This document shows, in pieces, positions 55,508 through 64,000 of a stretch of DNA of 64,000 nucleotides. Position numbers and translations under genes: made by a program. Every line of letters starts with the position of its first letter. Position 1 is the first letter of the stretch. The DNA is from Syntrophomonadaceae bacterium (GTDB lineage: Bacteria; Bacteroidota; Ignavibacteria; Ignavibacteriales; SURF-24): assembly GCA_050259615.1 (NCBI GenBank), contig JBLNAZ010000014.1:9952-73951 (forward strand). The letters are read 5' to 3'. A model generated the notes under the pieces. The model made no database searches. It was not told the DNA's origin and saw only the letters and a program-made list of their open reading frames with translations.

Positions 55508-55909
55508 CTAAATCATTTCTGTCTGAGGGGTCTGAGAACGGGCAAATTCGACAGACTTGTCGATTTCCTGTTTGAACTCTTCAAACGGGATCTGCAGACC
55601 GTTCAGGTAAGCGCTCCAGCCCGCTGAAGCCTTTGCATAGTGTACTGCTGCCTGGATCTCTTCATCTGTGGCGCCGAAGAGCTTTGCCGCTGCCGTGTGG
55701 TAATATGCGCAATAACGGCACTTGGTAACAGCTGAAATTCCAAGGCCAATAAGCTCCCTGTATTTCTGGGGTATCGGGCCGTCATCGATCTGAAGCTTTT
55801 TAAACAGATCCCATTCGCTGCCTATAGTCTGATCCGGCAGTGTTTTAATAAAAGACGGTACTGCACCGAATATTTCCTCTACTTCTTTATATACTTGCTT
55901 ACGATCCAT
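55508..55909 (-). CDS. Carboxymuconolactone decarboxylase / AhpD-like family protein
   Basis: 133-aa ORF with the CRYCAYYH (CxxC-xxx-H) AhpD-core motif. Confidence 0.8.
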   Translation of the reverse strand: MDRKQVYKEVEEIFGAVPSFIKTLPDQTIGSEWDLFKKLQIDDGPIPQKYRELIGLGISAVTKCRYCAYYHTAAAKLFGATDEEIQAAVHYAKASAGWSAYLNGLQIPFEEFKQEIDKSVEFARSQTPQTEMI

Positions 55910-56150
55910 ATCCTACTCACTTTCCTGTGCCGGGAATACTCCCCGGGCATTTAGTTGTGTAAAAATAAATTATAATTATGCAGGCATTGCCGCACAACGC
56001 CTATGAATTTATTTAATGTGAGTACTGAAATAACCGGATCTCATTTTCAGTACCATTACAGTGCTGGTTTAAGAAGATAGGATGGAATTAATTTACTGTT
56101 TTTTAATATAGTAGCAAGCATTTTTCAAAGGCAAAAAAATGGTACCTGAA

Positions 56151-56190
56151 AGATAATAAAAAAGGGCGGAAGAGATCTCTTCCGCCCTTT
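56151..56190 (-). terminator. Rho-independent terminator after glnS
   Basis: Perfect palindrome aaagggcggaagag-atct-ctcttccgcccttt. On the minus strand it is followed by ttttttatt. Confidence 0.75.
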
Positions 56191-56211
56191 AGCTTGTGCT
56201 TTACTGAAAAA

Positions 56212-57981
56212 TTATTTGTTTTCTATTTTTGACCAGGAGTCCTTTAAGGCAACAGTGCGGTTAAAGACAAGTTTTTCAACCGTAGAATCAGGATCCACGC
56301 AGAAATATCCCTGGCGTTCAAACTGGTATTTTGAACCCCTGGGAGCATCTTTAAGGCTTGGTTCAACAAGGCATGAATTCAATACCTGCAGGGAATTGGG
56401 GTTAAGATTGCTCTTCCAGTCGGAGCCATCTTTTTCCACAGCCGGGTCTTCAACGCTGAAAAGGCGGTCGTAAAGCCTTACTTCGGCCGTAAGCGCGTGC
56501 TGGGCAGATACCCAGTGTATTGTGCCTTTAACTTTTCTTCCGCTCTGGTCGCTTCCGCTCCTTGTTTCAGGATAGTAAGTGCAGTGCACTTCCTTCACCT
56601 CGCCCGTAGCTTCATCCTTAACAATACTGTCGCATTTAATAATGTATGCATAGCGCAGGCGGACTTCATTGCCGGGGAAGAGTCTGTGGAACTTCTTTGG
56701 CGGATCCTCGCGGAAATCGTCCTGCTCAATAAACAAAACTTTTGAGAAGGGGATATTCCTTGTACCCTTGGAAGCATCCTCGGGGTTGTTTACAGCTTCC
56801 AGCTCTTCAGTCTGTTCGTCGGGATAATTATCAATAATAAGCTTCAGGGGATTAAGAACAGCCATAACTCTCTGCGCTTTTTTATTCAGGTCCTCACGAA
56901 TGCTGTATTCCAGAAGGGCTACATCAATTGTATTTTCCCTTTTTGCCACGCCTACTTTTTCACTGAAGTTGCGGATCGATTCGGGCGTGTAGCCGCGCCT
57001 TCTTAAGCCAGATATGGTCGGCATTCTCGGATCGTCCCAGCCTGAGACGAATCCTTCCTGTACAAGCTGCAGAAGTTTGCGCTTACTCATAACCGTATAG
57101 TTGAGGTTCAGCCTTGCAAACTCCACCTGCTGCGGGTGGTAAACTCCAAGCTCATCTATGAACCAGTCATAAAGAGGGCGGTGGGCTTCAAATTCAAGTG
57201 TGCAGATTGAATGTGTAATCCTTTCAGCCGAGTCGGAAAGCCCGTGCGCAAAATCATACATAGGGTAGATGCACCACTTGTCTCCTGTACGGTGATGTGT
57301 GGCCCTTAAAATCCTGTAAATTACAGGGTCGCGCATATTAAGGTTAGGTGAAGCCATATCTATCTTTGCCCTCAGCGTACGGCTGCCGTCAGGGAATTCG
57401 CCATTTTTCATGCGCTCAAATAGGTCCAGGTTCTCTTCTATAGAGCGCTCGCGGTAAGGACTGTTTTTACCCGGTTCAGTAAGTGTGCCTCTGTACTCTC
57501 TCATCTGCTGTGCGTTTAGGTCGCAGACGTAAGCCTTGCCCTTTTTGATGAGTTCCACGGCGTAGGCATGAAGCTGGTCAAAGTAGTCCGAAGCATAAAA
57601 CATGCGGTTACCCCAGTCGAAACCGAGCCACTTTACGTCCTCAATAATAGAGTCCACATATTCAACATCTTCCTTGCTGGGATTTGTATCATCAAATCTC
57701 AGGTTGCAGAGGCCGTTAAATTCCTGGGCTACTCCGAAATTAAGGCAAATGGATTTTGCGTGTCCAATATGAAGGTACCCGTTAGGTTCAGGGGGAAAGC
57801 GGGTATGTACATTTCCTCCGAACTTATTTGTCTTTAAGTCCTCAGCAATTATTGCCCTTACAAAATCGAGTGCCGGAGCACTATTAACAACAGTCTTGTC
57901 ACCCTCAGAAGCCGCTTTTTTATTGTCCGGAGGGTTATTGTTTCCGCCAATGGCATTGTTCTTATCTTTATATTCTTCCAT
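56212..57981 (-). CDS. glnS: Glutamine--tRNA ligase
   Basis: 589-aa ORF with [10 protein letters not shown]...[20 protein letters not shown] (HIGH), VMSKRKL (KMSKS) and a C-terminal anticodon-binding beta-barrel. It has about 28 extra N-terminal residues relative to E. coli GlnRS, as I recall that sequence. Confidence 0.95.
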   Translation of the reverse strand: MEEYKDKNNAIGGNNNPPDNKKAASEGDKTVVNSAPALDFVRAIIAEDLKTNKFGGNVHTRFPPEPNGYLHIGHAKSICLNFGVAQEFNGLCNLRFDDTNPSKEDVEYVDSIIEDVKWLGFDWGNRMFYASDYFDQLHAYAVELIKKGKAYVCDLNAQQMREYRGTLTEPGKNSPYRERSIEENLDLFERMKNGEFPDGSRTLRAKIDMASPNLNMRDPVIYRILRATHHRTGDKWCIYPMYDFAHGLSDSAERITHSICTLEFEAHRPLYDWFIDELGVYHPQQVEFARLNLNYTVMSKRKLLQLVQEGFVSGWDDPRMPTISGLRRRGYTPESIRNFSEKVGVAKRENTIDVALLEYSIREDLNKKAQRVMAVLNPLKLIIDNYPDEQTEELEAVNNPEDASKGTRNIPFSKVLFIEQDDFREDPPKKFHRLFPGNEVRLRYAYIIKCDSIVKDEATGEVKEVHCTYYPETRSGSDQSGRKVKGTIHWVSAQHALTAEVRLYDRLFSVEDPAVEKDGSDWKSNLNPNSLQVLNSCLVEPSLKDAPRGSKYQFERQGYFCVDPDSTVEKLVFNRTVALKDSWSKIENK

Positions 57982-58064
57982 AAAAGTATATTTTATTAAA
58001 ATTTGTAATTCTAAATTTAATAATTAGAAGGCCTTTAATTCAAGGAATCAAATTGTCCTAATTA

Positions 58065-59525
58065 CTACTGGATTTTAATTTTCTCCACGGCATTCCGGAG
58101 CCTGAGGATTGTTTCCTCTTTGCCCAGAATGTACAGTATGTCGAAGAGTCCCGGACCTGCGCTTACGCCTGAGACTGCAAGGCGTACAGGGTGGATGAGT
58201 TTTGCATTTCCGGCCTGAAGTTCTTCGGCTGTCATGTGAAGTACTGCTTCATAGTCTTCCTTTTTCGGGTGGTCAAGCCTCTCAAAACCCTCAATCAGTT
58301 TACTTAAAAGTTCCGGAGTATTCTCCTTCCAACTTTTCTTTACAGCATTTTCCTCATAGCTCTCAGGACGCTCGAAGAAGTAGGAGCTCTTCTCAATATA
58401 TTCCTTCACAAAGGATACTCTTTCCTTCATTGCCACAATCACCTTAAGAAGGTATTCGTCGGAGTAACTATTGTCCTTAAATTTTGAAGAAGCCAGTTCT
58501 TCTCTTAGAAGTTCAAGCAGTTTCGAATCCGGCATTTTCCTTAAGTGTTCAGCGTTAAGCCAGTTTAGCTTTGCCAGGTCAAATACGGCGCCGGACTTGT
58601 TTACTCTTTCCAGGGAGAACTTCTTAATCATTTCATCCGGATAATAGAATTCCACGTCGTCGCCGGCATTCCAGCCCAAAAGGGCTACAAAGTTAAGCAG
58701 GGCTTCCTTAAGATATCCTTTGGCCCTGTAGTCCTCCACTGCAACATCTCCCTGGCGCTTGCTGAGTTTTGAGCGATCGGGGTTCAGCAGAAGCGGGAGG
58801 TGAGCAAACTGCGGCTTTTCCCATCCGAATGCCTCATATAAAAGCACGTGCTTGGGCGTGGAAGAAAGCCATTCCTCACCGCGAACCACGTGAGTAATTT
58901 TCATAAAGTGATCGTCAACCACGTTTGCCATGTGGTAGGTTGGGTATCCGTCGCTTTTAATTAAGACCTGGTCATCTATTGCGCTGCTGTCAAATTCAAC
59001 CCTGCCTCTTACAATGTCATCAAAGGCCACTTTTCGGTCTGCCGGAACGTTCAGTCTTACTACGTAAGGCATTCCGTTATTTAAGTTGATTTCAATCTCG
59101 TCCTTTGAAAGCGAGAGGCAATGCTTGTCGTATTTAGGCTGCTGCCCCGTGGATTTCTGCTCCTCCTTTAATTCAGTCAGGCGTCCGGGTGTACAGAAGC
59201 AGTAGTACGCGTGTTTATTCCGGATGAGTTCTTCGGCATATTTTTTATAAATATCGAGTCTTTCCGACTGCATGTAGGGGCCAAAGGGACCGCCTTTCTG
59301 CGGGCCTTCATCGTAGTCGAGTCCTATCCACTTTAGCACATTTATCAGGTTTTCAACCGCTCCTTCAACGTAGCGGTTCCTGTCGGTATCTTCAATTCTG
59401 AGAATGAACTCACCATTCTGGTTTTTTGCAAAAAGATAGTTGTAAAGAGCAGTCCTTAATCCTCCCACGTGAAGATAACCCGTCGGGCTGGGAGCAAATC
59501 TTACTCTTGGATGTTCGCTAATCAT
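58065..59525 (-). CDS. gltX: Glutamate--tRNA ligase
   Basis: 486-aa ORF with RVRFAPSPTGYLHVGGLRTALYNYLFA (HIGH-type) and KLSKRQG (KMSKS). Confidence 0.95.
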   Translation of the reverse strand: MISEHPRVRFAPSPTGYLHVGGLRTALYNYLFAKNQNGEFILRIEDTDRNRYVEGAVENLINVLKWIGLDYDEGPQKGGPFGPYMQSERLDIYKKYAEELIRNKHAYYCFCTPGRLTELKEEQKSTGQQPKYDKHCLSLSKDEIEINLNNGMPYVVRLNVPADRKVAFDDIVRGRVEFDSSAIDDQVLIKSDGYPTYHMANVVDDHFMKITHVVRGEEWLSSTPKHVLLYEAFGWEKPQFAHLPLLLNPDRSKLSKRQGDVAVEDYRAKGYLKEALLNFVALLGWNAGDDVEFYYPDEMIKKFSLERVNKSGAVFDLAKLNWLNAEHLRKMPDSKLLELLREELASSKFKDNSYSDEYLLKVIVAMKERVSFVKEYIEKSSYFFERPESYEENAVKKSWKENTPELLSKLIEGFERLDHPKKEDYEAVLHMTAEELQAGNAKLIHPVRLAVSGVSAGPGLFDILYILGKEETILRLRNAVEKIKIQ

Positions 59526-59651
59526 TATACCTCTTTATCCTCTAAAAAAATACTAAAAATCAAAAATCTTATATTTAAACAAATCTGCAGCTGACTAAGT
59601 TCTTTCTGCAGGGAAGTAAGCCTTGATCCTGCCGGTTAAACAAAGGATTGC

Positions 59652-59683
59652 CAAAAAACTAAAAAGCGAACCCGGGATTCGCT
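59652..59683 (-). terminator. Rho-independent terminator after the hybrid-kinase gene
   Basis: On the minus strand: agcgaa-tcccggg-ttcgct followed by ttttagtttttt. Confidence 0.55.
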
Positions 59684-59778
59684 TGTAAAAAGAAACCTGC
59701 TGCCAGAGGCAGCTTAAGGCACTAAGACCAAAGCCTCAAAACCCGCTCTTGCTGGATCAGGATAACCTGAATGAGGTT

Positions 59779-62142
59779 TTATTTTTTTATGCCCGTATAA
59801 TATTTAACCTTTTCAATAAACTCCTTGCTGTCAATCGGTTTGGGTATATAATCCGTAGCCCCGGCCTCAAGGCATTTCTCGCGGTCGCCCTTCATTGCAA
59901 ATGCCGTCAGTGCAACAATCGGGGTATCCTTATATTCAGGTATCTGCCTGATCTTTTCCGTAGCTTCAAAACCGTTCATTACAGGCATCTGCATATCCAT
60001 TAGAATAAGGTCGAAGTGCTGTTTGCGTGCGTTTTCCAGGGCTTCCTCACCGTTCTCAACCACAATGATATTCTCAAAATTATTCTTCTTCAAGAGTCTT
60101 GTTACAATTATCTGAGAATGCTTATAATCTTCAGCCAGAAGTATCTTAATAACGTTATCCCTGCTGGCAACTTCCTGTGGCGGCAAGGGAACGTCGTTAC
60201 GGTTAATCATCTCATTAATTGTCTGTGCAAGGTCCTCAATGTTTGTGCTTTTTTTGCTCAGGAGGTCTTCAAAAAGCCCGTCAATTTTCATAAGGTCTTC
60301 CTGGTAATTCTCCTTGCCTGTATAGATAATAATAGGAAGACGTGAAAATTTGCTGTCGGATTTAATGAGCTTAATGAGCTCAAATCCGTTTGGATCGGGC
60401 ATATCCAAATCAACAATTGCCAGGTCCAGATCCCTGTCCTGAATGAGATCCATTACCCTTGCAGAAGACTGTTCGGCAAGTGCATTATAACCCGCGTTAA
60501 CGATGGCTTCCTTAAGCAGGTTAAGTGTAGGCAGGTCATCATCAACGCACAGAACCGTGGAATCTTTCTTCAGCTTATAGCTTTGAAGAACTTCAACTAA
60601 AAACTTATACTTAATCGGTTTTACAAAATACTCCACGGCTCCAAGCATAAAAGCCTTCTGCTGTTCTGCCTCAATGGAGCATACAATAACGGGAGTGTTT
60701 TTTGTATGTTTATGCTCATGAATATTCTTCAGCAGCTCAAGCCCGTTTGCATTAGGCAGCACAATATCCATTATAATTGCAAGGAACTTTTCCTTTTCAA
60801 TCATGGTCATTGTCTGTTCTGGAGTGTTGACAATTGTAGGCTCATAACCCCATTTATTCAGGTAGTTGCTTAAAAGTTTTGAGGTGGCATAGTCATCCTC
60901 AATAACAAGCACCTTGTTTCTGCTGCCTTCCGGGGCCGGGAGGTTAAGTATCTTTTTTTCCAGATCCGAAACCGCCTCAACGTTGAGTGTAAAGCTGAAT
61001 GCGGTGCCGCGTCCGGGTGTGCTTTCAACGCTAATATCGCCGCCTAAGAAATTTATATATTTTTTTGCAAGCGTCAGGCCAAGTCCCGAAGCTCCTGAGG
61101 TTTTTATGCCATCAGAGCCTGAGAATGCAAAGGGTTCAAAAACGTTTTTAATCTTCTCCGATGGAATTCCTCTTCCGGTATAAGACACTCTTACTGAAAG
61201 CTGGTTTTTTCCTGAAAGCGCAAGGCGTATTAATATCTTTCCATGTTCGGTCATCCTTATGGAATGCTGCAGAATGTTCTGCATTATGTATTTCAGGCGG
61301 GGTACATCAACAAGAATTTTTTCAGGCAGCGCCCTGTCGAATTCAGAAGAGATCTCAACGTTAAGCGGATCTATCTTTGAAACATAAACTTTTATTATGT
61401 CATCTGTAAATTTTCTTATTTCTGTCAGACTCCTGTTTTCCTTTATCCTGCCTGAGTCTATTTTTGCCGCTTCAATAAGATCGTTTACTGTAAGCAGCAG
61501 ATTCTGCGCGTTGCTTTTTATGATTGAAACATACTCCGACTGCGACGGCGTAAGGCTGTCTTCTCCAAGCAAAGATGCAAAGCCTATAATGCTGTTTGCC
61601 GGCGTGCGCAATTCCTGGGAAATATCATTTAAGATTTCCGAAGCAGACTTGCCGGCCGGTGTAAAGCTCTCACCCCTTGTAGCAGACCAGGTCCTTAAGA
61701 TATAACCCAGGAACTCTGAAACAGATCTCAGGTTATCGATGTCACTTCTCTGGAAAGGCGTCTTCTTTGCAAATTTAATAAATCCGTTCTGGCTGTCAGT
61801 TATTTTTGCAGTCATGCAAGCTTCATAAATAACAAACTCGGAAATAAGCAGCTGGCATTCGGCATCTGAATGTGTCTGGAACGAAGGATTCTTTTCCTTT
61901 GTAAGGCTGCATACCGGGCAGCTGAATGAAGCTCCCCGCATGTAATTCTTTTTTGCGGAAGATGAACGGCCCAGAACGCTCAGAGTCTCGTCATCATTTA
62001 CCTTGAACAAAACCATGGCCTGCAATTCGAATTCATTTACAATATAATCACACAGCTCATCTGTGAACAGCTCATTCCCCCTTTCTGCAAGGGAGTTCAG
62101 ATAATTATATTTTTCCAGGAATTCCAGCTTAACACTTTGCAT
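59779..62142 (-). CDS. Cytoplasmic GAF-like / degenerate HisKA-HATPase / triple-receiver hybrid protein (probable pseudokinase)
   Basis: 787-aa ORF with no TM. The DHp helix reads ISQELRTPANSIIGF, with Gln where the phospho-His is expected. The N-box is QNILQHSIRMT, G1 is VSYTGRGI, and F/G2 boxes are retained (FEPF, GASGLGL). Three REC domains keep EDD..MDIVLP, DDD..VDLDMP and AED..MDMQMP..LTA..KP. Confidence 0.8.
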   Translation of the reverse strand: MQSVKLEFLEKYNYLNSLAERGNELFTDELCDYIVNEFELQAMVLFKVNDDETLSVLGRSSSAKKNYMRGASFSCPVCSLTKEKNPSFQTHSDAECQLLISEFVIYEACMTAKITDSQNGFIKFAKKTPFQRSDIDNLRSVSEFLGYILRTWSATRGESFTPAGKSASEILNDISQELRTPANSIIGFASLLGEDSLTPSQSEYVSIIKSNAQNLLLTVNDLIEAAKIDSGRIKENRSLTEIRKFTDDIIKVYVSKIDPLNVEISSEFDRALPEKILVDVPRLKYIMQNILQHSIRMTEHGKILIRLALSGKNQLSVRVSYTGRGIPSEKIKNVFEPFAFSGSDGIKTSGASGLGLTLAKKYINFLGGDISVESTPGRGTAFSFTLNVEAVSDLEKKILNLPAPEGSRNKVLVIEDDYATSKLLSNYLNKWGYEPTIVNTPEQTMTMIEKEKFLAIIMDIVLPNANGLELLKNIHEHKHTKNTPVIVCSIEAEQQKAFMLGAVEYFVKPIKYKFLVEVLQSYKLKKDSTVLCVDDDLPTLNLLKEAIVNAGYNALAEQSSARVMDLIQDRDLDLAIVDLDMPDPNGFELIKLIKSDSKFSRLPIIIYTGKENYQEDLMKIDGLFEDLLSKKSTNIEDLAQTINEMINRNDVPLPPQEVASRDNVIKILLAEDYKHSQIIVTRLLKKNNFENIIVVENGEEALENARKQHFDLILMDMQMPVMNGFEATEKIRQIPEYKDTPIVALTAFAMKGDREKCLEAGATDYIPKPIDSKEFIEKVKYYTGIKK

Positions 62143-62533
62143 TTATTGGACCTTCGGGTTTATTTTCACTACACCACAAAAATATAGCACAAATATAAAC
62201 AAATTATCATAAAACTATACACATCAAATGCCGTTCCGGACGATTTTTTTTCCCATAAAGCATTACAGAGTAAGATTTTAATAGTGAACATCTCAGAAAA
62301 AATGAGTACAATATTATATAATCACCCGGCTGAATCACCCTTGCGGCAGTAAAATGCCAGACATATTGCTTTTGGAACCGGCAAGCAGACCTTGAATTTG
62401 ACGAGAATCACTGGATATAATTGCAAAATATTTTATACTTAATTAGATGTGGATGATTACAACTATTTGATGCGATGTGAACGCACTTTTGCGTTAATTA
62501 AACGATACGATGCATTAACTTACTGGAGATACG

Positions 62534-63538
62534 ATGAAACAGGAAAGTGTCCTGGAGACTAAAACCGGTCAGGGTATTAATGAAAAAAGTTATTCATATA
62601 TTTTTAAGTCTAACGGCCTGGAAGAAGAAATTGACAGGTTTAAGGAGTCAAAGCTAAAAGAGATTAAATTTACTGTAGTCACTAAACACATTCTTTTTTC
62701 CCTGCTTGCCCTTTTTTTATCATTTTTCCTGGATCTGGCATACGTCCCTCTCCTTGGAAATATTACCATAAACATCACTAAAAGTATATTCCCCAACTGG
62801 ACTCCCATAAACCAGGCATTCCACTCTGTAAGCTTCTGGTGGATGCCGGTTATTACTTACATGTTCTTTCTGCTCTTTGCCTATAAAGCCTTCGGCGAAT
62901 TAAGAAGGGAAGTAAAGCAGTCGACTTCACCCGACATAATTGACAGGATTATAGGTTCCTCTATCAGCATCATCGACGGAATTGCCACGGCGCTTCCTCT
63001 GATCGGTGCAGCAATACTTCTGATCAGCATAAAGCTGGGTCCCGAGATATTCCTGGGGCTATCGGTGCCTTTTGAAATTAAAGCTTTAATTGTACTTGCG
63101 CTGGGCAAGCTTTTTGAACCTGTGCTTGATGAGCTGAGCGTGGAATTCCAGCACGTTATTAACAGGGCCAATGAGCTTAAAAACAGATATTATGCCCAGA
63201 CGCAGATTGAACATTTTCAGAAAGTGATCGACCAGCTAAATGAGAATACTAAAATGACAAACGTGGCCTCCGTTGCAGACTACATTTCGCTTAACGATCT
63301 GAAGCAGTACGAAGAGGTTTATGCCCGCTTGGCCGAACTCAGCCGCCAGATGCACCTGAATTTCAGCAGCACTTATGAAATGATTGAAAAAATTAACACA
63401 CTGCAGTCTGTTAATATCCAGAAGCTGGGTGAACTAAGATCACTTGCTGAAGCCATAACGAATGCATCAACGGCATTAAAAGATGAAAAAACCCTTAAGG
63501 CGCTCCAGAGCCTTGAAACAATTGTGGCAAAACGATAA
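62534..63538 (+). CDS. GldL/PorL-like membrane protein with an extra N-terminal cytoplasmic + two-TM module and a C-terminal coiled coil
   Basis: 334-aa ORF with four predicted TM helices. TM3-TM4 (LPLIGAAILLISIKLGPEI...FEIKALIVLALGKLFEPVLDEL) resemble GldL/PorL TM1-TM2 as I recall them (GAAVVIVGALFKI ... TEALIFALSAFEPVEDEL). A ~130-aa helical tail follows. Confidence 0.45.
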   Translation: MKQESVLETKTGQGINEKSYSYIFKSNGLEEEIDRFKESKLKEIKFTVVTKHILFSLLALFLSFFLDLAYVPLLGNITINITKSIFPNWTPINQAFHSVSFWWMPVITYMFFLLFAYKAFGELRREVKQSTSPDIIDRIIGSSISIIDGIATALPLIGAAILLISIKLGPEIFLGLSVPFEIKALIVLALGKLFEPVLDELSVEFQHVINRANELKNRYYAQTQIEHFQKVIDQLNENTKMTNVASVADYISLNDLKQYEEVYARLAELSRQMHLNFSSTYEMIEKINTLQSVNIQKLGELRSLAEAITNASTALKDEKTLKALQSLETIVAKR

Positions 63539-63552
63539 TTGAAGGATTAGAA

Positions 63553-64000
63553 ATGGTAAGAAAAAACAGGGACAGTAAGTTTGTAATCTACCAGGTGCTC
63601 TACATCTTTGTAATTACCGTGCTTGCTATTAAAGGTGCGGGGCTCGATTTAGGTGAAGTGATCTCAAAAAATGACGCAATAAAAAGGAGTGTGCGCGACT
63701 CCCTGGTTACTGTAATCGATTCATTGAGTGCAATAGGCGCAAAATTTGACCTTAGGGTTGAAGAGAATATGGCTGTTGAAAATGTGGAGCTGAAAAGAAA
63801 AATCGAATCGCTAAGCGAAAATATGGCTTCACTTTCAAAAAGGGTAAAAGATACCCCGAAAATTGAGGAGTCTCAGGTCAGTAAGCCGGGAGAGGAAGTT
63901 AAGGAAACTCTGCCCGTAAACTCGCCGCTGGCTGAAGGGCAGAAATTCATACAGAATACATGGAATATGGCAAAAAACAGCGGCAGCGTGCCCGTGGATA
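63553..64000 (+). CDS. GldM/PorM-like single-pass protein, N-terminal part (runs off window end)
   Basis: Own translation: MVRKNRDSKFVIYQVLYIFVITVLAIKGAGLDLGEVISKNDAIKRS...NVELKRKIESLSENMASLSKRVKD... GAAGGA SD is present. The N-terminal TM resembles the GldM N-terminus (R/K9 ... Y17 ... LA.N/K) as I recall it. It starts 15 nt after the upstream stop. Confidence 0.4.
   Translation, partial: MVRKNRDSKFVIYQVLYIFVITVLAIKGAGLDLGEVISKNDAIKRSVRDSLVTVIDSLSAIGAKFDLRVEENMAVENVELKRKIESLSENMASLSKRVKDTPKIEESQVSKPGEEVKETLPVNSPLAEGQKFIQNTWNMAKNSGSVPVD

Noticed and set aside
1-64000. Whole-window screen for mobile elements, prophage genes and known defence modules (restriction-modification, toxin-antitoxin, retron, CBASS, Zorya and similar)
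   Set aside because: No transposase, integrase, reverse transcriptase, nuclease/helicase/methylase combinations, inverted terminal repeats or tRNA-flanked islands were seen. The only MotA-like candidate (62534) fits GldL better than ZorA and lacks a long ZorA-type tail.

Overview
This is a gene-dense 64-kb segment with about 57 CDS and one tRNA, and it looks like chromosomal core rather than an accessory island. I infer an FCB-superphylum bacterium (Ignavibacteriota/Bacteroidota-like). The grounds are several T9SS C-terminal sorting domains, a PorV/PorQ-like outer-membrane protein, GldL/GldM-like genes and Reg_prop/Y_Y_Y sensors. These occur alongside clear Shine-Dalgarno sites and TTGACA-N17-TATATT promoters. 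Confident housekeeping calls are rpmB, icd, thyA, folA, mutL, glnS, gltX, maf, an EF-G paralog, tRNA-Gln(CUG), a methylmalonyl-CoA-mutase-family large subunit, glycerate kinase, a HIT protein, a CDF exporter and an MBL-rhodanese fusion. Envelope genes include a TPR protein, beta-barrel proteins, an HU-SPOR protein, TonB and SpoIID. I found no rRNA, CRISPR array, transposase, integrase, prophage or recognisable defence genes, so I do not claim a new defence or mobile system. Five things are most unusual. (1) At 59.8-64.0 kb a cytoplasmic hybrid kinase has its H-box His, N-box Asn and G1 Asp all substituted but keeps three intact receiver domains. It lies head-to-head with a GldL/PorL-like protein carrying an extra N-terminal two-helix module and a GldM/PorM-like partner that is cut by the window end. 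(2) A double Reg_prop propeller/Y_Y_Y periplasmic sensor is wired to a PP2C (SpoIIE) phosphatase. (3) A Reg_prop propeller is fused to a T9SS sorting domain, next to a PorV/PorQ-like gene. (4) A tight three-gene operon contains a signal-peptide-plus-sorting-domain-only mini-protein. (5) A corrinoid protein is paired with a URO-D-family methyltransferase with no MT1 or activase visible. All homology statements rest on motif recognition by eye and need HMM or BLAST confirmation.
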